Source: a virus (lineage: Duplodnaviria > Caudoviricetes). Taken from it: a DNA stretch of 47,965 nucleotides. This document shows positions 10,963 through 20,832 of the stretch, piece after piece; within the stretch, counting starts at the first letter, position 1; every line of letters begins with the position of its first letter. The stretch covers positions 1 to 47,965 of IMG/VR virus record IMGVR_UViG_3300030372_001880, one strand, 5' to 3'. The position numbers were made by a program, and so were the translations under genes. The notes beneath the pieces are model-generated. The model made no database searches and was not told where the DNA came from. It saw only the letters and a list, made by a program, of their open reading frames with translations.

Positions 10963-11070
10963 ATGAATAAATTAAAAGAAATGTGGAATGGTTTAAGTAA
11001 AAAAGGAAAGATAGCCGCAAGTGCGGTAGCCGCTATTCTACTTTTAATTATCTTTAGTAACATAGTATAA
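10963..11070 (+). CDS. Small membrane peptide, 35 aa (MNKLKEMWNGLSKKGKIAASAVAAILLLIIFSNIV); not in ORF track
   Basis: Strong RBS AGGAGG, one TM segment, fills an intergenic gap. Confidence 0.7.
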   Translation: MNKLKEMWNGLSKKGKIAASAVAAILLLIIFSNIV

Positions 11071-11084
11071 AGGAGAAAAAATAA

Positions 11085-11522
11085 ATGTTAGGTGGGTTAC
11101 CAGTAGAAATGATTACAATGCTAGGCTCTAGTTTATTAGGTGGATTTATGTCTATCTGGGGTCAAAGCATAAAAGCAAAACAAGATGAACAAAAATTATT
11201 ATTGGCTAGAGCTGATAATCAAATGAAACATATTGAGAAAGCTAGAACATATGATAACAAAGGTTTTCAATGGACTAGAAGAATTATTGCATTAACTGCT
11301 GTATTCTTTATTATTGGTTGGCCTAAATTAGTGCCAGTGTTTTTTGATACAAGTGTATATTTAACTTGGACAGAATTTACTAGAGGTTTTTTATTTTTAA
11401 TAGAACAAAAAGAAATAGTATTAGATAAAGAATTTTTTGGCGTAGTAATTACACCTTTAGATACTCACCTAATGTCAGCAATTATTGGATTGTATTTTGG
11501 AGGTAGTCTTGTTAAGAAATAG
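11085..11522 (+). CDS. Holin-like protein with 3 hydrophobic segments
   Basis: RBS AAGGAG; three hydrophobic segments; C-terminal IIGLYFGG as in 3TM holin-like families. Confidence 0.5.
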   Translation: MLGGLPVEMITMLGSSLLGGFMSIWGQSIKAKQDEQKLLLARADNQMKHIEKARTYDNKGFQWTRRIIALTAVFFIIGWPKLVPVFFDTSVYLTWTEFTRGFLFLIEQKEIVLDKEFFGVVITPLDTHLMSAIIGLYFGGSLVKK

Positions 11523-12261
11523 TCTAATTATATTATTAGTGTTACTTGCAACAACAGCATTAGGAGATTCAAATAATGACAACAACGCACAAACAAACTC
11601 CTCGGGTAGCAACACGCAAATCACAGGAGGGTATACATCGACTACAACTAACAATAATGATGGACAAACAAATACAACAACAAGCACGACAACCAATAAC
11701 AGCACTACAAATGGGTCAGATATACCCGTCAACTCAGCTAATGCTCCTTCGTATTCAGCTATGTCTCAAGACGTTTGCTCGATGGGTGTTAGCGGGGGTG
11801 TTAGCACTGGCGTATTTGGGCTTTCTGGCGGTAAACATGTAAGGGATTTAAATTGTGAGCGTATTAAGCTTGCAAAAGTGCTTTTCGACTTTAATATGAA
11901 GATTGGTGCGATTAGTTTGCTCTGTCAAGATGAACGGGTTTTTATGGCCATGATTATGGCAGGCACACCATGCCCATTTGAAGGGAAGATTGGGCAAGAA
12001 GCTATAGAAGAATGGAATAAGTATGACATTGAAAGACCAGATTATGATACATATATTTCTAAATTAGAAACAAGGTCAAAAATAGATGAAGAACTTGCAG
12101 AAATAGCAAGACAAGAAGAAGAGAAAAGATTAGCAGAAGAAAAAGCTAGAAAAGAAGCAGAGCTTGCTACACTAAAAGAACAAGAAGAAGTAAATAATAT
12201 AATTATTGAAACAGATTTAGAAACACAAGAAAGAAGAATAATTAACGTACACGGAGAATGA
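11509..12261 (+). CDS. Secreted/periplasmic Cys-containing protein
   Basis: Start re-assigned to TTG 11509 (RBS GGAGG at 11499); signal peptide LIILLVLLATTALG; T/N-rich linker; four Cys; C-terminal coiled coil. Confidence 0.6.
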   Translation: MLRNSLIILLVLLATTALGDSNNDNNAQTNSSGSNTQITGGYTSTTTNNNDGQTNTTTSTTTNNSTTNGSDIPVNSANAPSYSAMSQDVCSMGVSGGVSTGVFGLSGGKHVRDLNCERIKLAKVLFDFNMKIGAISLLCQDERVFMAMIMAGTPCPFEGKIGQEAIEEWNKYDIERPDYDTYISKLETRSKIDEELAEIARQEEEKRLAEEKARKEAELATLKEQEEVNNIIIETDLETQERRIINVHGE

Positions 12262-14072
12262 GATACTTATACTATGGGATATGGCTTTCAATAGCTATAT
12301 CTTTTTTATGTATTTATAGCATTGGCAATACTCAAACTGTAACTACAGGTAATCTACTACCTAATTCAAATGATGGCGTAGATTGGGGTTCTAGTAGCAC
12401 AGACCAAATAAATCCTGGTGCTAGTTCTGGATATGTAACTAATAATAGTAATTTAAATGGGTTTGATATTACATGCCCAACAACTCAATCTAATTGTGGG
12501 TACAAGTATAGTGTAGGTGGTGACTTTGAGGTCACAGGCACTGCAACAGTGAGTGCTGATGATATAAAATTATATAGCAATACTATAACACAATCAATGC
12601 TAGATAATGGCGTTACATTAGATAGTCATGTAGATGTTGCAAATTGTGAAAGCACACAAGGTAACTGTGAATCTAAAGGTGGTGCAAATGATTCTCATAC
12701 TACAACTGTAACATTAAAAGATAATAGTGGTAATACTTTATCAACTGTATCACAAACAAGAACAGAAGTTACAGGTTTTCAAGGTAACTGTAATGGATAT
12801 CCAGGTTCATCTGGTGCTGTAGCCACAGCTTGTGGTCAATATAATGACAGGATAATTTATTTAGGCGTAGGTGCAAATAATGTAGATTGGTCTTGGACTG
12901 GTACAGATAGTAATTATAGTAATCAATCTAGACAAGGGCCAAATTTGTTAGGTGCAAAACTAACAATGACCTACAATGATACAGAATACAATCCTATTGA
13001 TGAGGATGTAATAGAAGATATTGAAGATATAGTAGAAAATATACCAGATGATTTTGATTGGATAAACGAAGATATTACTGAAATCCCAAATTTTTCTATA
13101 CCAGAAGAAGAATTTACTATACCTTTTGAAGAAGATTTTTATTTTGAAGAAATAGTTATTGATGACTTACCCCCAATAGAAGAATTTGATATGGAGGTTT
13201 TTCAAGAAATGCCAGATATGGAAATGGTATTTTTTGAAGAAGAGTTTTCTGAACCTATGATGGTTACAGAAGAAATATTTACAGAGGAGTTTGAGGAGGA
13301 CTTTACAGAATTTTTAGAAGAAACTGGTATGGAAGAAGAGTTCATGGAGTTTCTTGAAGACGAAGGCATAACTGCTGAAGAATTTTTTGAAGAGATAACT
13401 GAGGAGGAGTTCAATGATGAGCTTACTGAAGAATCTTTTGAAGAGTTTGAGGAGCCATTGGAAGATATCTCAACGGAGGAAGAAAGCGTTCCAGAGGTTG
13501 AGGAGAATGAAACAGAAACAGTGGAAGAAGTTACTGAGTCAGAACCAGTAGAAGAGGAAAAAGAAGTTGCAACAAACGAAACAACAAAAGAAGAAGAACC
13601 CGATAGCACAGAATCTGAGGACTCCGAAGTATCAACAGAAGATAGTGGAGAGCAAGAAGATATACAATCGAAAGAAGTGGACACCAAAGACAGGGTTGCT
13701 ACAGATGTTGCAAAGGTAGAAACAAAATTAAAAAAGAATTTAAAAACAATAGCTAAACAAATAGCTAAAATAACAAAAGAAACAACTCAAAACTTAACAA
13801 AAGAAGATTTATTTTTTAAGAACGACACTCTAGATGCTTACACTAAAACACAGTTTTATAAATCAAAAGACATATACACAAACCAAAGTATAAATTTATT
13901 TAATCAAATAGATTTAAGCATTTATGATAAAAATATTTACAGTGGGGTAACTCTTGCAAGTTACACACAAAACGACCCTGTAGAGGTACATAGGGTACAG
14001 CTACAAAAAGCACAAAACAAAACTAATCAATTAGAATTAGAATTGGAGGCTATGAAGAATGAAAATAATTGA
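12258..14072 (+). CDS. Membrane-anchored protein with Cys-containing domain and long E/F-rich acidic tract
   Basis: ATGA coupling; N-terminal TM segment; acidic region at about aa 240-480. Confidence 0.6.
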   Translation: MRYLYYGIWLSIAISFLCIYSIGNTQTVTTGNLLPNSNDGVDWGSSSTDQINPGASSGYVTNNSNLNGFDITCPTTQSNCGYKYSVGGDFEVTGTATVSADDIKLYSNTITQSMLDNGVTLDSHVDVANCESTQGNCESKGGANDSHTTTVTLKDNSGNTLSTVSQTRTEVTGFQGNCNGYPGSSGAVATACGQYNDRIIYLGVGANNVDWSWTGTDSNYSNQSRQGPNLLGAKLTMTYNDTEYNPIDEDVIEDIEDIVENIPDDFDWINEDITEIPNFSIPEEEFTIPFEEDFYFEEIVIDDLPPIEEFDMEVFQEMPDMEMVFFEEEFSEPMMVTEEIFTEEFEEDFTEFLEETGMEEEFMEFLEDEGITAEEFFEEITEEEFNDELTEESFEEFEEPLEDISTEEESVPEVEENETETVEEVTESEPVEEEKEVATNETTKEEEPDSTESEDSEVSTEDSGEQEDIQSKEVDTKDRVATDVAKVETKLKKNLKTIAKQIAKITKETTQNLTKEDLFFKNDTLDAYTKTQFYKSKDIYTNQSINLFNQIDLSIYDKNIYSGVTLASYTQNDPVEVHRVQLQKAQNKTNQLELELEAMKNENN

Positions 14073-14526
14073 AAAACTTAGTACATATGCGGCACTGCTT
14101 GGAGTTATTGGTGCTATTGGTGGTGGTTTTTACACCTGGGGCCAGTTTAATTCAAGGCTTGATGCCATTGAAGCTACACCTCCAGTAAATTTAAAACCAT
14201 TAAAAGAAAAAGATAAAGAACTAGAAGCAAAGATTGATGATGCTTTATTATATGCAAATGAATACAAAGTAGATTTAATTGATAGAATTAAAAAGGTAGA
14301 TGATAAAATATTACCTACAGATTTAACTTTAGTATTTAAAGAGATAGGTAAAGTAAAAGAACAGATAGCTATGTTGAATATACCAGACCCTGTAGAATTA
14401 ACGCCTATCTATGAAATACTTACAGGTATAGAAAAAACTATAGCAATTTTGTCAAAAGAAAATGAAGTGCAAGATGCAAAAATAGAGGAATTAAAATTAA
14501 AATCTGCAAACCCATTAGGAGGTTAA
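14059..14526 (+). CDS. TM-anchored coiled-coil protein
   Basis: YAALLGVIGAIGGGFYTWG TM segment followed by coiled coil; ends NPLGG. Confidence 0.55.
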   Translation: MKIIEKLSTYAALLGVIGAIGGGFYTWGQFNSRLDAIEATPPVNLKPLKEKDKELEAKIDDALLYANEYKVDLIDRIKKVDDKILPTDLTLVFKEIGKVKEQIAMLNIPDPVELTPIYEILTGIEKTIAILSKENEVQDAKIEELKLKSANPLGG

Positions 14527-14952
14527 ATGGCTATTGAAACTACTGGCATAATGCGTCAACAGTTGATGCAATCACCTACTAATATTGCACCGCAAACACC
14601 TATGGATGGCACTGTTACAAGAACATCTATGGCTAGAGATTTAATAAGTGCAATGAATGATATAGATTTTAGACAATTGGTTGAACAGTATGCGGCAATA
14701 TCTGGACAAAGTGTTGCAACATCAAGACCACTAACAAATCAAATGATGCAAAATCAAAATAATAATTTAGGTGGAGATGTTATGCAAGGTGAAGCTAGAA
14801 CGCCTATGTTGAATCCAAATCAAATGCCAAGTCTACAAGGCACATATTCTAATATGCCTGTAATTCCAAATAATTTTAACAACGCACCTGGTGTTGATGA
14901 TGCTCAGAGAGAAAATATGGGATTAATGCAACCACAACCTATGGGGGCATAA
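14527..14952 (+). CDS. Hypothetical M/Q/P-rich protein
   Basis: RBS AGGAGG; 141 aa. Confidence 0.55.
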   Translation: MAIETTGIMRQQLMQSPTNIAPQTPMDGTVTRTSMARDLISAMNDIDFRQLVEQYAAISGQSVATSRPLTNQMMQNQNNNLGGDVMQGEARTPMLNPNQMPSLQGTYSNMPVIPNNFNNAPGVDDAQRENMGLMQPQPMGA

Positions 14953-14953
14953 T

Positions 14954-17900
14954 ATGCCTCATCCAGGTGGTTTTCATGGAAATGTAGTAATAGGACAGTC
15001 GGGTACAACTCCTGGGCCTGCAGGTATGGGTGGCCCACCACCAAAAACACATAAAGAAAAAGTAAAAGATTTCTTTAGTATGACACCTAAAGAAAGAAGA
15101 GAAAGATTTAATAGTAATCAAAAAAATTTATCAAAAAATTTTCCTAAAACTCCATCATTAGATGATGTAGATGATAATAGAACACAAGAACAAAAAAGTA
15201 GAGACGATAGAAAGTTATATAGACAATACAGAAGTCCAAAAGTATTATATAATAATGAAGTAGCAAAGCACAACGAATTAGAAGCAGAAAGATTATCTAA
15301 TACGGGGTATTTTTCTCGTGTTAAAAAAGTAAATAATTATTTTAATAATAAAGCAAGAGAAGCAAAAAAAACATATATACAACCAAACGCATCTTGGTGG
15401 GAAAGAACAATAAAAAGTAACGCAATTGATGCATGGTATTCTACAGGTAACATAGCAGTAGGAACAATGGAAGGTGCATTAGGTCTTACATTAGACCCTG
15501 CGTCTAGTTTTGTAGCAAGCACAGTTGCAAATGCAAATGATTTGTGGAGGACAATAAATGGATTACCTTTTAGTGCTGAAATACACAATCAAATAGCAAC
15601 AGATATGCAAGAACATATTATTGGTTCGACAATGGCATATTGGGAATCAACAGGTTATGGAGCTATGAGAACTGCCACAGGTAAAATACCAAGTATGTCT
15701 GCAACAGCTAATTTTGTGTCAAAAAAAATACCTTTTGAATGGAATAATGCTACAAAAGTTGTAAACAATATGATGAAGCAGAAAAAAAATAAAGCTTCTA
15801 ATATGATTATTGATGGGGATTTTAAGATTGTAACAGAGGCGGCTATAAAAAATCCATTAGTAAAGAAAGAAATAAAAACATTAGCTATACAATCTTGGGA
15901 ACAATCCAACATGGCTAATTTAGGTAGCATACAAGCTAATGCTATTGCCAATCAAATGAGAGTAAAAGAAGGTATCATGCCTGTTCAAGCACAAAGTTTA
16001 AGTGCGGCGGCTACACCAACAGAACTTGTAACTGATTCTTTAAATTTAAAAAAAGAACCTTTTTATAACCCTATAAAAATGCAACTAGATTCTTTACCTG
16101 TAAATGATGCAGGACAAGTAAAAGTAAAAGATATTGAAACTGTAATGTCTGTAAAGAAAATGCAGAGACCAATGATACTTAGTAAATTTAATGATTATGT
16201 AGCAACGTTAAAAGAAAACAATGTTACAAATGTAGATAAAACTACTGTACAAAAATATATAAATGATAATCCAATAACAGCTACTATTGATATAGGTATG
16301 AGAGATGTGCCTATAGAATTAATGGAAGAACTAAGTGCCGCTAAACAAAATATATTAGCAGATTATTATGAATTAGAAACTCATACAAACTATGTTATTA
16401 ATAATTCACCTTATACACTAAAAGATTTAACTACCGCAGATGTTCCAGGACACAATATTGTAAGTCACCCACTAATGATGTCATTAACTGAATGGGATAC
16501 AATGCGTAGAGTTAGTGGAAGTAGAATGATTCAAGATTTAACAGAAAACTATTTAAAATTTGTGACAGGTGAAGGCACTATGTTTAATGAAGGTTACACC
16601 GCAACAGAAGCTGATTTATTAAAAGAGTTTACTGATGGTCAAGTGCTATGGAAATTTGCTATACCAAGTAATAAAAAAGCAAAAACAACAGGCAATTTAC
16701 CAATAGAAATAAACAGAAGAATGTATTTTGAAGCGTTTAAAGATAAAATTATGTATTCGTTATCACAGATTAAAAATACAGATTTAAATGCAATACCTTC
16801 TAAGAGTTTTTTTCAAGGAAGAATGCATCCAAATTATTACACAAAAATAGAAAGAATGCCCTATTACAACGAAATAGGAGAAGCGTGGGTAAGCCAACTA
16901 TTAAATAATTTTAATAATAGAAAACATTTCAACAAAGATAGAAATGATATAAACGATGGATTTGTTGACGAACCACCAAGAATAAATGGTGAATTAATAA
17001 GTGTAGATATGTTAGTAAATTCTGAATTTAAAGGACTTGCTTTAGAAGAAATCATACAACATATGACTTTAAGTGATTTGCCAGGATGGAATAGTTATAT
17101 AACAGAACTAATGACAGGCACAGATACTTATGGTACGACACCAAATTGGCAAGCAACTATTCGTAACTTAAATAAAAATTCAACCACTCTATTTGAAGTA
17201 AACGAAAGAGTAGATGCGGCAAGACAAGATTCAACTCTTAGACAAGTATTAGAAGGGGATAAAAGACCTTATGTAGTAACTAATCCAGACCCTGGCAATT
17301 ATGAAACTAGAGGTGCTGTAACATACAATTCCCATCCATATTCTAAATACATGGAAGTAAAATTAACATATAATAATTTATCTGGATATCCAGAATTTGG
17401 AGACTCACATTTTAGAGATACTAAAAATTTAGCATCTTGGAGTTTAGTTACATCAAGACGTATAAATAAAGGGCCATTAAATCCAGAGGGTGATAAAGCA
17501 TATTTTATAGAAGAAATGCAACCATCAAAACCAGACACTGTAGTTGACGAGGGAACTGCCACTGGAGGGCGATTTGAGGGTAATACTTTTGTACCAACAA
17601 CAGATGGTATCCCTTCTGCTTCTGCTATACAGGGAACACCATTTTATGGTACAATGACAAAGATGCAAAAAGACGCTGATTGGTATAAGAAAAAATTATG
17701 GGCAGATATTAGAACTGCATATGATATGGGATTTGATTACATAGTTATCCCAACAACAAAATCAATACAACAAAAAACTGGTTCTAAAGGTGTATATGAT
17801 ACATTACCAAATGTTGCAAATAAATTTGGTTTTGATGTAACTAAAAATGCGGATATGAGAAATTATGGATTTGGAGCACCAGATAGAGTGGTAGAACAAC

Positions 17901-18151
17901 GTTTAAGAGATTTTGAAGATGAAAATATTGGATTAACAACTACAGATGTTTTGGAATATGGGCCATATGGAAAAGATGAAATAGATTTTGAATTTTTAAA
18001 TGAAAAATATGGTGACCATAAATTTCATATTATAGATATAAGAAATAAAGAAAAAGTATTTGAGATACTTAATAAACCACAGCCTGTTGCATTTAATACA
18101 TTAATAAACCAAACCAGTAAAGCTTTATTTGAAGCTACTACAACTGTTTAA
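14954..18151 (+). CDS. Large hypothetical virion/polyvalent-type protein
   Basis: 1065 aa, last late gene; C-terminal SHF...W...YFIEEMQ pattern resembling EExQ(SD)-motif domains of large phage proteins. Confidence 0.5.
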   Translation: MPHPGGFHGNVVIGQSGTTPGPAGMGGPPPKTHKEKVKDFFSMTPKERRERFNSNQKNLSKNFPKTPSLDDVDDNRTQEQKSRDDRKLYRQYRSPKVLYNNEVAKHNELEAERLSNTGYFSRVKKVNNYFNNKAREAKKTYIQPNASWWERTIKSNAIDAWYSTGNIAVGTMEGALGLTLDPASSFVASTVANANDLWRTINGLPFSAEIHNQIATDMQEHIIGSTMAYWESTGYGAMRTATGKIPSMSATANFVSKKIPFEWNNATKVVNNMMKQKKNKASNMIIDGDFKIVTEAAIKNPLVKKEIKTLAIQSWEQSNMANLGSIQANAIANQMRVKEGIMPVQAQSLSAAATPTELVTDSLNLKKEPFYNPIKMQLDSLPVNDAGQVKVKDIETVMSVKKMQRPMILSKFNDYVATLKENNVTNVDKTTVQKYINDNPITATIDIGMRDVPIELMEELSAAKQNILADYYELETHTNYVINNSPYTLKDLTTADVPGHNIVSHPLMMSLTEWDTMRRVSGSRMIQDLTENYLKFVTGEGTMFNEGYTATEADLLKEFTDGQVLWKFAIPSNKKAKTTGNLPIEINRRMYFEAFKDKIMYSLSQIKNTDLNAIPSKSFFQGRMHPNYYTKIERMPYYNEIGEAWVSQLLNNFNNRKHFNKDRNDINDGFVDEPPRINGELISVDMLVNSEFKGLALEEIIQHMTLSDLPGWNSYITELMTGTDTYGTTPNWQATIRNLNKNSTTLFEVNERVDAARQDSTLRQVLEGDKRPYVVTNPDPGNYETRGAVTYNSHPYSKYMEVKLTYNNLSGYPEFGDSHFRDTKNLASWSLVTSRRINKGPLNPEGDKAYFIEEMQPSKPDTVVDEGTATGGRFEGNTFVPTTDGIPSASAIQGTPFYGTMTKMQKDADWYKKKLWADIRTAYDMGFDYIVIPTTKSIQQKTGSKGVYDTLPNVANKFGFDVTKNADMRNYGFGAPDRVVEQRLRDFEDENIGLTTTDVLEYGPYGKDEIDFEFLNEKYGDHKFHIIDIRNKEKVFEILNKPQPVAFNTLINQTSKALFEATTTV

Positions 18152-18377
18152 GAAGTTTATTTAATCTTTCATCAAAGTTAACAGACTCAGACATACAGTG
18201 TTTTACAATAGAAGATATTATATATTTGTAGTGGGTATCATCTAGTCTTTCAATTATTGTTTTAGGATTAGGATACTCATGATTAATAATTAAATTACCA
18301 TCAGTATTAATAGATACTTTAGTTATAAAAAGGGGAGCATTACGCTCCCTTTTTTTATTTGGACTTTGGTTTGTCAT
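18138..18377 (-). CDS. Hypothetical protein
   Basis: ORF track 18138-18389; ATG 18377 preferred; converges on the late arm. Confidence 0.5.
   Translation of the reverse strand: MTNQSPNKKRERNAPLFITKVSINTDGNLIINHEYPNPKTIIERLDDTHYKYIISSIVKHCMSESVNFDERLNKLLKQL
18327..18357. terminator. Probable bidirectional intrinsic terminator
   Basis: AAAAAGGGGAGC-ATTAC-GCTCCCTTTTTTT with T-tracts on both strands near the convergence of the two arms. Confidence 0.6.
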
Positions 18378-18528
18378 CTGATTGTACAAACGATGGATTT
18401 ATTTTTGGGTCTAATTTAGGTAATTTCATTAACACATTTATTGCGTGTGCAACTTCACCATAAGGTTTACCCATGAGATATTTTAAGATGGCATCTCTGT
18501 CATCTTTACTTAATATGTAGCTTTCCAT
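18355..18528 (-). CDS. Small conserved phage protein
   Basis: YL..KPY.EV...I..L pattern; ATG 18528 with RBS GAGGA. Confidence 0.6.
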   Translation of the reverse strand: MESYILSKDDRDAILKYLMGKPYGEVAHAINVLMKLPKLDPKINPSFVQSDDKPKSK

Positions 18529-18808
18529 TTTTTTCCTCAAATTTTATTTCTCCTGCTATAGCACTATATGCCGCCATATCTATATATGTATCTTCACTAA
18601 CAGCACCAAGTTTAGTTCGAGCCATTTTTAATAACGCCATCATAATTGCTACATCATGAGCTTCTACTTTTACATCTAAGTATGCCGACCATAACTTAGC
18701 TATGTTATCATGGTTTTTTACTTTATCACCATAATCTCTTTGTCTATCTCCACCAACTAAATTGATAGCTTTAGATAATAATTCTTTTGTTTTTTTTGCT
18801 ACTATCAT
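18506..18808 (-). CDS. DUF6378-like protein
   Basis: GDRQRDYGD...IAKLWSAYL...MMALLKMAR...DTYIDMAAY signature. Confidence 0.75.
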   Translation of the reverse strand: MIVAKKTKELLSKAINLVGGDRQRDYGDKVKNHDNIAKLWSAYLDVKVEAHDVAIMMALLKMARTKLGAVSEDTYIDMAAYSAIAGEIKFEEKNGKLHIK

Positions 18809-18915
18809 TTCTTACTCTTTTTAAATTTACGACCTACAAAAAATACTATTGTATTTATACAAGTATTTATTGTAACCATTATTAAAATCCACCATTGCCA
18901 AAACTCTACTGTCAC
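18805..18915 (-). CDS. Small membrane peptide, 36 aa (MTVEFWQWWILIMVTINTCINTIVFFVGRKFKKSKK); not in ORF track
   Basis: GTGA and ATGA overlaps with both neighbours; TM segment plus basic tail. Confidence 0.65.
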   Translation of the reverse strand: MTVEFWQWWILIMVTINTCINTIVFFVGRKFKKSKK

Positions 18916-19322
18916 ACTTTTACCAAATCTAATATAGGAACTAAATATCCTCTTGATGTTAAATTATCTCCTCCAGGAACAACTCTGTAATCTTTACTAA
19001 CTAATTTTTTTAATCTTGATAATGGTATTTGTATAGAAAACAAATGTGTATCTTTTGCACTAACTATTTTAAATATCCAAGTTCCTGCATTGCTAACTTT
19101 TATACCACTATCTTTACCTCTTGATTGAAACTCAACATATACATTACCTGTTTTATGTGCCATTCTATCTGTTTTTAATTCATATTTTTCAAGAGATTTC
19201 ATTACAAGTTTTTCATGTTTTTTACCATAAGATAAATCTTTAGAAAACTTTGTTATAGAAAAATCATTTTGTTTTAATTTTTTAATGTCTGTACTTTTAT
19301 TTTCTTTTATTTGTGTTTTCAT
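18912..19322 (-). CDS. PD-(D/E)XK-type nuclease-like protein
   Basis: YELKTDR...TGNVYVEFQSRGKDSGI...W motif. Confidence 0.6.
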   Translation of the reverse strand: MKTQIKENKSTDIKKLKQNDFSITKFSKDLSYGKKHEKLVMKSLEKYELKTDRMAHKTGNVYVEFQSRGKDSGIKVSNAGTWIFKIVSAKDTHLFSIQIPLSRLKKLVSKDYRVVPGGDNLTSRGYLVPILDLVKV

Positions 19323-19612
19323 TAATTTAACTTACTCTTTTTTTCTTTAATTACTTCAGTCATATCTACTTTTTTATCTACAGCCTCTTCATTATCTAAT
19401 TTTCCTAATGCGTTTACACCCTCATCAAACACTGTGCCAGGGTCTGTTAATGCCATGTTTACCATACCATGAGCTATAGTTAAAGCTATACCTGTTTCTT
19501 CTGTAAAAGGTACAAACTTAGGTTCTGTAATAACAATACCAAAACCTCCTTCTGCAGGATAAACTGTTATGGTTATATTATTGTTAATATTCATTACACC
19601 ATTATCTTTCAT
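19322..19612 (-). CDS. Hypothetical protein
   Basis: 96 aa, overlaps both neighbours. Confidence 0.6.
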   Translation of the reverse strand: MKDNGVMNINNNITITVYPAEGGFGIVITEPKFVPFTEETGIALTIAHGMVNMALTDPGTVFDEGVNALGKLDNEEAVDKKVDMTEVIKEKKSKLN

Positions 19613-19958
19613 TTTGTTTTCCTATTAAGTTAAAAAAATGTGTAGCATCAACAATAACTAGTGGTTGAAACTTGTTCATTTTAATTACAGCAATCGGCAC
19701 ATCCGATGCTTTTGCGTTACTCTGTGCTTGAGCAACAATATCATATATACCTTTAAATGTTTCTTTGTTTTTACATTCAAAAGAATAAGGTATTAATTTT
19801 TTAGCAGGATTAGATAATTTAATATCTTCCCCTGTTTCTCCCATTATAGCACAACTTATATCATTATTATCTAAAGTTGTGAATACAGATAATAATGCAT
19901 CTCTTACCCAATTTTGTAATCTTCTACCTTTAGCTTTCCGACTGCTCGTTCTCATCAT
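19602..19958 (-). CDS. Holliday-junction resolvase-like endonuclease
   Basis: KAKGRRLQNWVRD...GEDI...SFECKN restriction-fold motif. Confidence 0.7.
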   Translation of the reverse strand: MMRTSSRKAKGRRLQNWVRDALLSVFTTLDNNDISCAIMGETGEDIKLSNPAKKLIPYSFECKNKETFKGIYDIVAQAQSNAKASDVPIAVIKMNKFQPLVIVDATHFFNLIGKQNER

Positions 19959-20832
19959 CTACTCTTGGATTATTAATTTGGGTATACCAAAACCATTTTG
20001 GACTTTTACCTTTAGATTGTTGTTGAGGCAGGTATTGTAATTGATTACCCCAACAAGGTCTTTTATATGGGCAAAAACTACACTCTCTACCTAATACTTT
20101 ATTACCTGTTGGTTTCTTATAAAACATTTCTTCTACATCACTAAAACATCTTTTAAATTCTTGTTTAGATTCAAGAGCAGTTATGTTTTCTTTAGCTTTA
20201 TTAACTACTTCTTCTTTTGATGAGTCTTGTGGAGGAACTTCTGTTGTACACCATTCTCCTGTAGATTTATTTATTACAATCCAACCTCCAAAATCTGATT
20301 TAGCCCCCTCTCCATACATATATCCTTGAGCTAAATAACCAAATGGGTCATCTTTTTTTAATACATCAAAACCCCCATTTTCTCCAAATTTATTATCAAA
20401 AGACCAAGGTGAAGCACTTTTTATATCCCATATTTTATCTCCTATTTTTACATCCATCGTACCATTAATATATTTATCATCAAATTTATATTGTACTTTT
20501 CTTTGTATATCTTTTACTTCTACACCAGAAGCTTTCATAATAATTACAGCCGCCGCCTCTATTAAATCTCCAAACAAATTACGCATTTTTGCGTTGTATG
20601 GCATTGCCTCTGCTTCAGCACCGCTCTGTTCCATTTGTAATTGACATAATGGTTTACCCACATTTGACATTCTATATCTAAATTGTGTTTCTCTTTCTTC
20701 AGTAAATTGTTTTTTAAATGCATCTTTACAAGCATTTGCAAATTCTTCTATTAGTTCATCAGAAACTTCAACGGAGGCTTTATTGGCCTCCGCTAAAAAC
20801 ATTTGTACTTTATTTATAATAAAGTCTGACAC
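19930..20832 (-). CDS. PD-(D/E)XK (Cas4/RecB-like) exonuclease
   Basis: RMSNVGKPLCQL, GTMD...DIKS, QGYMY and C-terminal CSFCPYKRPC. Confidence 0.75.
   Translation of the reverse strand: MSDFIINKVQMFLAEANKASVEVSDELIEEFANACKDAFKKQFTEERETQFRYRMSNVGKPLCQLQMEQSGAEAEAMPYNAKMRNLFGDLIEAAAVIIMKASGVEVKDIQRKVQYKFDDKYINGTMDVKIGDKIWDIKSASPWSFDNKFGENGGFDVLKKDDPFGYLAQGYMYGEGAKSDFGGWIVINKSTGEWCTTEVPPQDSSKEEVVNKAKENITALESKQEFKRCFSDVEEMFYKKPTGNKVLGRECSFCPYKRPCWGNQLQYLPQQQSKGKSPKWFWYTQINNPRVDDENEQSES

Noticed and set aside
18800-18808. Reverse-strand copy of ATGATAGTA
   Set aside because: It is the start of the DUF6378-like gene (Met-Ile-Val) and probably coincidental.
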